Below, piece by piece: positions 56,947 through 64,000 of a stretch of 64,000 nt of DNA (within the stretch, counting starts at the first letter, position 1; each line of letters begins with the position of its first letter). Below the pieces are notes generated by a model. It saw only the letters and a list, made by a program, of their open reading frames with translations, was not told the origin of the DNA and did no database searches. A program made the position numbers and the translations under genes. The stretch is from contig CAZUTV010000001.1 of the NCBI GenBank assembly GCA_964623495.1, positions 44,682 to 108,681 of the forward strand, written 5' to 3'. The DNA is from Candidatus Woesearchaeota archaeon (GTDB lineage: Archaea; Nanobdellota; Nanobdellia; Pacearchaeales; GW2011-AR1).

Positions 56947-57443
56947 TGGGGAAAAAAAGGCTGATAATTTTAGGACTCTTTGTCTTGTTATTTTCTGGAA
57001 TAAATCTTTACTTATATTTTAACCAAGGGAATAATTCCTATTCCAAAATTTCCGGATTATTCATGGAAGACTTGCAGGAAGGAATGAACCTTTCAGTAAT
57101 AATCTTTATAGGCCAGTGGGTTTTATTATTGGCTATTGTTTTATTTGCCTACACGAGGTTCCTTAGGCACAAAAGAGAGCAGGAAGAGGTCAAACCTATA
57201 GAATGTAATATTCAGCCCTCTGGAACAGGATCAGAAACAGAATTAGACTGTTTATACAAACTATTGCAGGAAAAAAAGAGATTAAGTATAGACACTATTG
57301 CAAAATCCTTTAATGTTTCAAAAGAAAAAGCATTGGAGTGGGCGAAGATACTGGAGAACAGCGAGCTGGTTACCATAGAATATCCTGCATTCAATGATCC
57401 AGAAGTTAAGATCATAAAAAAAGAGGAAGAATCAAAAGAATAA
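56947..57443 (+). CDS. membrane-tethered winged-helix protein
   Basis: Two TM segments then C-terminal wHTH (RLSIDTIAKSFNVSKEKALEWAKILENSELV); track start 56859 is TTG inside the promoter. Confidence 0.45.
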
Positions 57444-57444
57444 A

Positions 57445-59166
57445 ATGGGTGTTGTAAAAAAACAAGTAAAGAAGGAGGATAAAGAGCTTGAAATTTGGGT
57501 ATCAGAAGCAATAAAAAAAGGTTATAGTCCCCAGCAAATAAAAAAAATTCTTTCAGACCAGAAATACCCTCAGGGGCAGATATCTAAAATCCTCTCAGTG
57601 TACAACAAAATAGAATCAATAATTGCTGCCCCGAAAAAAGTAGAGGTTCAGCCAAAAATACAGGAAGGAAAGGGGAGCATAAGAGAAAGCTACCGTCTTG
57701 AAATTGACGGGGCAAAGATAGACATAGAAATTCAAAAAACCAACGAAGGCCTAGTTTATAATGTAAAGATTCCAAGCATTGATATTGGAACAAAGGCTCT
57801 ATTAGATGAAATAAGAAAAGACCTTATCACTATCACAGCAATTGGCGTTGGCGAAATAATTGACCAAAAATCCGTTTCTAGGATGAAGAATAAATTCATG
57901 AGTGATGCCTCAGACCTAATAAAAGAAAAGCTTCCCAGAATAAAGAAGGAAACAGAAGATTTTCTTATTGGGGTTTTAATGCAGGAAATGCTTGGGCTTG
58001 GAAAAATTGAATTCTTAATCAATGACCCAAATCTTGAAGAAATTGTAATTGTAAACAGCAAGGAAACAAGAGTTTATCATAAAAAATACGGATGGTTACT
58101 AACAAACATAACTCTGGCCTCTGAAGACGAAGTGACAAATTACGCAAACATTATTGCAAGAAGAGTTGGAAGACAGATCAGCATTTTAAACCCTCTTCTA
58201 GATGCGCACGTTGTTACCGGAGATAGAGCCAACGCGGTTTTATATCCTATTTCCACAAAAGGGAATACAATCACAATAAGAAAATTCGCAAGAGATCCCT
58301 GGACAATAATTGATTTAATAGAAAATAAAACCGTCAGCAAAGAAATTGCGGCAATCTTATGGCTGGGAATAGAATACGAGATGAACATCATTTTTTCAGG
58401 CGGAACAGCCTCTGGAAAAACAGTTTTCCTTAATGCATGCATGCCTTTTATTCCTCCAAACCACAGAGTAATTAGTATAGAAGATACAAGAGAGCTAATG
58501 CTGCCAAGATTCCTTTATTGGTGCCCCCTAGTTACAAGAACTCCAAATCCAGAAGGCAAAGGGGAAGTCTCTATGCTAGATTTATTAGTAAACTCTCTTA
58601 GAATGAGGCCGGACAGAATCGTCGTTGGAGAAATCAGAAGGCAAAGAGAGGCAGAGGTTCTTTTTGAGGCAATGCATACCGGACACAGCGTTTACTCCAC
58701 TCTCCATGCAGATACAGCAAGCGAAACAATCAGAAGATTGACAAACCCCCCGATAAATGTCCCTCCTTCAATGCTGAGCAGCGTCAACCTAAATATAGTA
58801 ATGTTCAGGGACAGAAGAAAAGGTTACAGGAGAGTTATTCAGGTTGGAGAGTTTATGGCAGGAAAAGATACATATATAGCAAATCTCATCTACAGATGGG
58901 TTCCGGAAAAAGACCAGTTTGTACAGCACAACAAAAGCCTTTCTTTCTTTGACCAAATAAGCAGAAACACAGGAATGAGCCAGATTGAAATAGACAAGAA
59001 CCTAGAATATAAGAGATCTATTTTTGATTGGCTTATTAAAAATAAAATCCGCGATTTAGAATCTTTCGGAAAAGTGATGAACCTGTATTATACTGATCCA
59101 GAAGAACTTAAATCAATAATAAAAAATAATTTGACAAATAAGATACTGGAAAGAAAGGGGGATTAA
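57445..59166 (+). CDS. FlaI/PilB-like secretion ATPase (archaeal type IV pilus/archaellum assembly ATPase)
   Basis: Walker A FSGGTASGKT, Asp box ISIEDTRELML, Walker B and His box; about 150-aa N-terminal extension. Confidence 0.85.
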   Translation: MGVVKKQVKKEDKELEIWVSEAIKKGYSPQQIKKILSDQKYPQGQISKILSVYNKIESIIAAPKKVEVQPKIQEGKGSIRESYRLEIDGAKIDIEIQKTNEGLVYNVKIPSIDIGTKALLDEIRKDLITITAIGVGEIIDQKSVSRMKNKFMSDASDLIKEKLPRIKKETEDFLIGVLMQEMLGLGKIEFLINDPNLEEIVIVNSKETRVYHKKYGWLLTNITLASEDEVTNYANIIARRVGRQISILNPLLDAHVVTGDRANAVLYPISTKGNTITIRKFARDPWTIIDLIENKTVSKEIAAILWLGIEYEMNIIFSGGTASGKTVFLNACMPFIPPNHRVISIEDTRELMLPRFLYWCPLVTRTPNPEGKGEVSMLDLLVNSLRMRPDRIVVGEIRRQREAEVLFEAMHTGHSVYSTLHADTASETIRRLTNPPINVPPSMLSSVNLNIVMFRDRRKGYRRVIQVGEFMAGKDTYIANLIYRWVPEKDQFVQHNKSLSFFDQISRNTGMSQIEIDKNLEYKRSIFDWLIKNKIRDLESFGKVMNLYYTDPEELKSIIKNNLTNKILERKGD

Positions 59167-59173
59167 TTCTAAG

Positions 59174-60055
59174 ATGAATAGATTTCAGATTCCTTTTACC
59201 CTTGCAGACATAGAGATTCAAAAAAGAAAAAGCAAGAGATTTATAAAATTCGCCAGCGCAAAAAAAACAAAGCTGGATGAATATCTAAAAGCAGCCAATG
59301 TTAATCTTAATAAAAGAGAATATCTTGCAATATGCTACAGAAGATTTTTAATAAACATTATTAGCTTCTCAGTAATAGCCTCCTCTGTTCTTGGAATTTT
59401 AAGGACAAGCCTCTTTCCTGTTTACGGATTCATAATTTCTCTGTTGATATCCGGCCTGGTTTATTTTAATCAGATAAATTATCCAAAAGTATATACCTTA
59501 AACAAACAAAGGGATGTAGACAAAAACCTTATTCCTGTGCTTCAGGATATGATAGTTCAATTAAATTCAGGAGTTCCCATATTCAGAATTCTCTCTAATA
59601 TCTCTGAATCAGATTACGGGGAAGTTAGCGTGGAATTCAAAAAAATAGTAAAGGAGATTAATTCGGGGGTTTCCCAGATTGATGCAATAGAAAAGCACGC
59701 AAAACTTAATACTTCCGAGTATTTCAAAAGAGTTTTGTGGCAGATCAGCAACGGCATGAGGGCTGGAAGCGACATGGAAATTGTCATAAAAGAAGGAATA
59801 AAGAATTTAAGTGACGAACAAGCAATCCAAATCCAGACCTACGGAAATAGGTTAAACCCTTTAATTATGTTTTACATGTTAATTGCAGTTATAATTCCTG
59901 CATTGGGAATAACTTTCCTTATCATTCTTGCATCTCTTCTAGGATTTCCCGAAAAAGTAATTCATCTTATATTTGTAGTTATCTTTGTGATAGTTGTATT
60001 TATGCAGATAATGTTTCTTGGATTAGTCAAATCAAGGAGGCCAAGTTTATTATGA
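59174..60055 (+). CDS. FlaJ/TadC-like membrane protein, single T2SSF domain
   Basis: T2SSF cytoplasmic domain plus 3 TM. Confidence 0.7.
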   Translation: MNRFQIPFTLADIEIQKRKSKRFIKFASAKKTKLDEYLKAANVNLNKREYLAICYRRFLINIISFSVIASSVLGILRTSLFPVYGFIISLLISGLVYFNQINYPKVYTLNKQRDVDKNLIPVLQDMIVQLNSGVPIFRILSNISESDYGEVSVEFKKIVKEINSGVSQIDAIEKHAKLNTSEYFKRVLWQISNGMRAGSDMEIVIKEGIKNLSDEQAIQIQTYGNRLNPLIMFYMLIAVIIPALGITFLIILASLLGFPEKVIHLIFVVIFVIVVFMQIMFLGLVKSRRPSLL

Positions 60056-60149
60056 TAAATAAAGAATATTTTTGTACTAACTTCCATCAGAGGCAACTAA
60101 GGGAAGTTGGCGCGGATGCTGGATTGAAAACCCGCAGGAGGTTTTCAAT

Positions 60150-61112
60150 ATGAATACGCTAAAGTTTTACCCCAGACAATTAAGAGAGTCTTATGAAAAA
60201 AATATTAAAAATGCAGGAATTGAAAATCCTCCTGAAAAGTACCATAACTTTATTTTTTATATAACTCTAATGCTTGCCGTGATTTCAATGGGATTCTTTG
60301 CAATAATAGGGATGACCATATATTTTTCCTTGGTTGTGTTTATCTTCTTGAATGCATTTATCTACTTTAAAATAAGTTTGAAGGCAAGCGCCAGAATAAA
60401 AAAAATGGAAACTATATTTCCGGACGTTATTTCACTAATGGCAAGCAATCTTCGTTCAGGAATGACAATAGATAAATCCTTTCTTTTGGCTGCACGTCCA
60501 GAATTTGATCCCTTGGATAAAGAAATATTAAAAACCGGAAAAGAAATAACTACAGGCCAGGACATAATATTTGCGCTAAAAAGACTTGGGATAAGAGTAA
60601 ACTCTGAGAAAATCTCAAAAGTCGTGACTTTAATAATCTCAGGATTAAGGGCAGGAGGAAATATCTCTGACTTGTTAGACCAAACATCAAAGAACATGAA
60701 AGAAAAAGAGATTATTGAAAAAAAGGCAAGATCAACTATTTTAATGTATGTTATCTTCGTATTTTTTGCAGTTGGGGTGGGAGCGCCAATACTTTTCGGG
60801 TTAAGCTCAATCCTGGTGGAGATTGTTATGGCGTTAACTTCAAAGCTGCCTGAGGCGGCAACCGCAAGTACAAATCTGCCTTTATCATTTAAGGAAATAT
60901 CCATATCTCCAAGTTTTGTCATTTACTTTTCATTATTCTTTATAGCAGTTACAGACCTGATCTCCTGCATAGTAATAGGTTTAGTAAACAAGGGGGAGGG
61001 AAAGGCAGGATTAAGGTATTTCCTACCCTTACTTGCAGTAAGTTATGTTCTGTTCTTTATAATTAGGTCTTTACTGTCAAAGACACTAGTAAGCTCCTTA
61101 TCAGTAATATAG
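60150..61112 (+). CDS. FlaJ/TadB-like membrane protein, single T2SSF domain
   Basis: T2SSF domain plus TM. Confidence 0.7.
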   Translation: MNTLKFYPRQLRESYEKNIKNAGIENPPEKYHNFIFYITLMLAVISMGFFAIIGMTIYFSLVVFIFLNAFIYFKISLKASARIKKMETIFPDVISLMASNLRSGMTIDKSFLLAARPEFDPLDKEILKTGKEITTGQDIIFALKRLGIRVNSEKISKVVTLIISGLRAGGNISDLLDQTSKNMKEKEIIEKKARSTILMYVIFVFFAVGVGAPILFGLSSILVEIVMALTSKLPEAATASTNLPLSFKEISISPSFVIYFSLFFIAVTDLISCIVIGLVNKGEGKAGLRYFLPLLAVSYVLFFIIRSLLSKTLVSSLSVI

Positions 61113-61140
61113 TAGAGTTTAAAAAACTCTTAAACATAGA

Positions 61141-61971
61141 TTGAATATGAAAAAAAAGAGGAAAGAAAAACCTAGAAAAAAATTGCACAAGAAAAAACCC
61201 GTTATTAAAAAGGAAAAGCACAAGAAATCCCGGCATTTTACAAAAGAAGAAAAAATAACCAAGGACACTGTAACGGAAAGAGTTTCTTCCGGAATCCCAA
61301 AGTTTGACCAAATGACTCAGGGGGGCTTTGAAAGAAACTCAATAAATCTGCTTGCCGGCGGCAGTGGCAGTGGAAAAACAATCTTCTCCATACAATTTTT
61401 ATTAGAAGGCGTCAGAAGAGGGGAAAAAGTTCTTTATATCACCTTTGAAGAAAAAAAAGAGGAGTTTTATAGAAATATGAAGAAGTTTGGATGGAATCTT
61501 CAAAAAGCAGAAGACTCGGGAAATTTTATTTTCTTGGAATACTCCCCGGAAAAAGTTAAGATGATGTTGGACGAAGGCGGGGGAACAATAGAAACAACCG
61601 TGTTAAAGTACAACATTTCAAGACTTGTAATTGACAGTGTGACGAGTTTTTCGTTGTTATTTGGGGATGAGCTATCCAAAAGACAGGCTGTTCTTGGATT
61701 GTTTGATATTATAAGGAAATGGAATTGTACGAGCCTCCTCACAATACAGCACAACCCATCCAGCACAATTGACAGAGGAATTTCCCCTGCAGAATTCGAG
61801 GCAGACAGTATCACTCTTCTTTATTATGTTAAAGTTGGAGCAAGAAGAAAAAGATTCTTGGAGGTGTTAAAGATGCGCGGCACAGACCACTCAAAAGAAA
61901 TCCACAATTATATGATAAAGAAGGGAATCCAGATAGGCAGCATTTCTAATGTGAGATTGTTTGACGAGTAA
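61141..61971 (+). CDS. KaiC/FlaH-like RecA-superfamily ATPase with Lys-rich N-terminal extension
   Basis: Walker A LAGGSGSGKT, Walker B LVIDSV. Confidence 0.75.
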   Translation: MNMKKKRKEKPRKKLHKKKPVIKKEKHKKSRHFTKEEKITKDTVTERVSSGIPKFDQMTQGGFERNSINLLAGGSGSGKTIFSIQFLLEGVRRGEKVLYITFEEKKEEFYRNMKKFGWNLQKAEDSGNFIFLEYSPEKVKMMLDEGGGTIETTVLKYNISRLVIDSVTSFSLLFGDELSKRQAVLGLFDIIRKWNCTSLLTIQHNPSSTIDRGISPAEFEADSITLLYYVKVGARRKRFLEVLKMRGTDHSKEIHNYMIKKGIQIGSISNVRLFDE

Positions 61972-61973
61972 TA

Positions 61974-62219
61974 CTAAAAGCTGTAAGTCCCTATTTGGGG
62001 CAGTCTTCTATGAACCACAGTCAAAGAATATACTTGATTTTGTGTGGATTTAATTTCCTGCCTGGAAAAATTAACAATCACTTTTCCATTAGGATCAACA
62101 AATCCATTTTTTACCAATGCCTGAAAAATATAGCCATCTCTACCGGTTAACGGATCTAGGTCCCTTTTAGTCAACCTATGGTCTGCTACTACTTGTACAA
62201 CAACCATATCTATTCCCAT
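61974..62219 (-). CDS. hypothetical small protein (weak)
   Basis: ORF only. Confidence 0.25.
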   Translation of the reverse strand: MGIDMVVVQVVADHRLTKRDLDPLTGRDGYIFQALVKNGFVDPNGKVIVNFSRQEIKSTQNQVYSLTVVHRRLPQIGTYSF

Positions 62220-62264
62220 AGAGATTTTTTCGTTTTAAGGCCTTATAAAGATATCTGGTAAAAA

Positions 62265-62391
62265 TGCGCGGACCGGGAATCGGACCCGGGTCACCTCGTC
62301 TTTGCATTTTTGCTTCTTTGAGCGCCGAACTTTCTTTCTAAAGAAAGTTGGGCATTGGCAACGAGATATTCTACCATTAAACCATCCGCGC
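62265..62391 (-). tRNA. tRNA-Gly (GCC) with about 54-nt intron in the anticodon loop
   Basis: Perfect acceptor GCGCGGA/TCCGCGC and T-arm CCGGG-TCCGATT-CCCGG; anticodon stem TCTCG...CGAGG interrupted after TTGCCA by an insert with an internal hairpin. Confidence 0.7.
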
Positions 62392-62467
62392 TTAAGTCAA
62401 CAAATAAAGGAAAAAATCAACATATTTAAACATATTTCTATTCTAAAAACAATAAAAGAGGCGAAAA

Positions 62468-63322
62468 ATGTTATATCTCCCAATAATAGGTTCTCTGGCT
62501 TTAGCTGCAGGAACCATCCTCCAAAGAACCCTAATAAAGAAAAAGAGTATGGGGATAAAACTCTATCAGTCAGCAGAGTTTCTGGCAATTGCAATTACTT
62601 CCCTGCCCTTCTTGTATTTTATGTGGAAAGTTGATTCAACAGCACTCACAACAGCAAACATCCTTATTTTTGCATTAGTCGTTATTTTCTCATTTATAGC
62701 AAATATTCTCTTGTATTATTCTATGAAGTGGGAAAAAGTAACTCACCTGGAGCCAGCCAAGCTCACCGAATCTCTTTTTGTAGTTGTTCTCGCAGCCATA
62801 TTCAGTTTTATCTTTGGGACTAGCCTTTATGAACGAAATCTTAATGTGATAATCCCGGCATTAATAGCAAGTCTGGCCTTAATTCTCTCCCATGTAAAGA
62901 AACATCATTTAGATTTTAACAGATACATAATCGCTGCAATTTTTGGAAGCTTCTTCTTTGCCTTAGAATTGGTTTTATCAAGACTAATACTGGATTTTTA
63001 CTCTCCCATGAGCTTTTATTTTTTGAGATGCGCTGCAATACTCATTATAAGTATCATAGCCTTCAGGCCCAAACTTGAGAAAATAGAAAACAAGGCAAAA
63101 ATCCATATCCTGGTAATTGGCTTTATCTGGGTTGTCTATAGAATTGTCTTATACTATGGATACATTCACTTGGGAATTATCTTCACCACACTTACAATAA
63201 TGCTTTCCCCAATTCTAATTTATTTCTTCGCACATAAATACCTTAAAGAAAAACTCGAGTGGAGAAACATAGCCGCAGCAGTAGTCATTGTTGCTTGCAT
63301 TATTTATGTTTTAATAGTCTAA
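62468..63322 (+). CDS. EamA/DMT-superfamily 10-TM transporter
   Basis: Two repeated 5-TM halves. Confidence 0.65.
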   Translation: MLYLPIIGSLALAAGTILQRTLIKKKSMGIKLYQSAEFLAIAITSLPFLYFMWKVDSTALTTANILIFALVVIFSFIANILLYYSMKWEKVTHLEPAKLTESLFVVVLAAIFSFIFGTSLYERNLNVIIPALIASLALILSHVKKHHLDFNRYIIAAIFGSFFFALELVLSRLILDFYSPMSFYFLRCAAILIISIIAFRPKLEKIENKAKIHILVIGFIWVVYRIVLYYGYIHLGIIFTTLTIMLSPILIYFFAHKYLKEKLEWRNIAAAVVIVACIIYVLIV

Positions 63323-64000
63323 TCCATCTCCGGCATGCCTCTTGGCATGCTCATACCAGTTTTTCCCCCAGAAGAAGCTATAACATCATCAATTCTTAAA
63401 ATCATGATGGCAACTTCACTTGCAGAATTAATCGCTTGGGTTTTAATCTTTAAAGGCTCAATAATCCTTGACTCAAGAACATTTTCAATCTTCCCTGTAA
63501 AGAGATTCAATCCAAAACTTTTTTCTCCAGAATCGTGCCTCGATTTAAGCTCTGTAAGAACATCGATGGGATCAAGACCGGCATTTTCTGCTAGAGTAGC
63601 CGGAATAAACTCAAGAGAAGAAGCGAATTCCTCTACAGCAAGCTGCTCTCTGCCGCTTAATCCTTGAGAAAATTCTCTTAACCTTTTAGCCAACTCTATC
63701 TCAATAGCCCCCCCTCCAGGCACCACAAGACCGGATTTAATAGAACAGACAACATCTCCAATTCCATCCTTCAATGCTCTTTCAATTTCATCAATAACAT
63801 GATCTGTCCCCCCATGAATTAGGATAGTTAGTGCTTTGGGGTTCTGGCATCCCCTTATATAGGTAAAAGTATCCTCTCCGTGCTTAATTTCCTCAACAAG
63901 CCTAGCAGCACCAAGCTCAAAAGGAGTCAATTCTCCTAGATTGCTAACCATTTTCCCTCCAGTCGCCTTTGCAAGTTTTTCCATATCTGATTTTGCAACT
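63319..64000 (-). CDS. thermosome (group II chaperonin) subunit, C-terminal part; gene continues beyond the window
   Basis: VPGGGAIE near the C-terminus, C-terminal GGMPGMGGM-like tail (RGMPEMD). Confidence 0.85.
   Translation of the reverse strand, partial: VAKSDMEKLAKATGGKMVSNLGELTPFELGAARLVEEIKHGEDTFTYIRGCQNPKALTILIHGGTDHVIDEIERALKDGIGDVVCSIKSGLVVPGGGAIEIELAKRLREFSQGLSGREQLAVEEFASSLEFIPATLAENAGLDPIDVLTELKSRHDSGEKSFGLNLFTGKIENVLESRIIEPLKIKTQAINSASEVAIMILRIDDVIASSGGKTGMSMPRGMPEMD

Noticed and set aside
62302-62634. 110-aa plus-strand ORF
   Set aside because: Overlaps the intron-containing tRNA-Gly on the opposite strand and the start region of the EamA gene. Cys/Phe-rich nonsense composition.
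1-64000. CRISPR arrays, transposases/IS elements, integrases, reverse transcriptase, toxin-antitoxin pairs, rRNA
   Set aside because: No regularly spaced direct repeats, no DDE/HUH/tyrosine-recombinase motifs and no RT motifs were seen. The repeats found are the pilin 58-mer, the palindrome family and the shared TATA motifs.

Overview
AT-rich (about 32-35% GC) archaeal segment, mostly coding, with short genes and many Lys-rich protein tails. The archaeal assignment rests on an rpoE'-spt4-S24e-S27ae operon, L10e and L35Ae, a thermosome fragment, Dph2 and Dph6-like genes, class-III-signal pilins, an intron-containing tRNA and a tRNA-His with an encoded G-1. A small-genome DPANN-like lineage is inference only.

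Main blocks in order:
- **1-7310:** a copper/metal-homeostasis island. It holds a CPC-type P1B ATPase with a separate HMA chaperone, two ArsR/SmtB regulators, two cupredoxin-like secreted paralogues, a DsbA, a DUF1858 redox protein and a membrane-tethered winged helix. It also carries several odd small Met/Gly/Tyr/Cys-rich membrane proteins and a metallothionein-like peptide.
- **7450-16553:** housekeeping and accessory genes, including cysteine desulfurase, Lhr helicase, a lipase-like hydrolase and a metallophosphoesterase.
- **16815-36000:** five minus-strand tRNAs across the window (Trp, Ala, His, Val, and an intron-containing Gly). The block also holds the RNA-polymerase/ribosomal operon, an ScpA-like kleisin, HisRS, a SufB-SufU-SufC operon, Dph2, two pilins and a GluRS that lacks its anticodon-binding domain.
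- **37027-43196:** a co-directional cluster of six proteins with no recognisable family, except a split sugar-phosphate-isomerase-like TIM barrel and a Pol-beta-type nucleotidyltransferase. A GC-rich structured leader precedes it. I rate this the most novel region.
- **44737-48968:** ribosomal proteins L10e and L35Ae, a THUMP methyltransferase and a second paralogous nucleotidyltransferase.
- **50630-61971:** an archaeal type IV pilus locus. It holds a FlaI-like ATPase, two single-domain FlaJ/TadC-like membrane proteins, a KaiC/FlaH-like ATPase, several pilins and an 886-aa vWA adhesin.
- **62468-64000:** an EamA transporter and a thermosome fragment.

I found no CRISPR array, rRNA, transposase, integrase or reverse transcriptase. 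The ORF track uses TTG/GTG as Met in places and contains many antisense ORFs, which I discounted.
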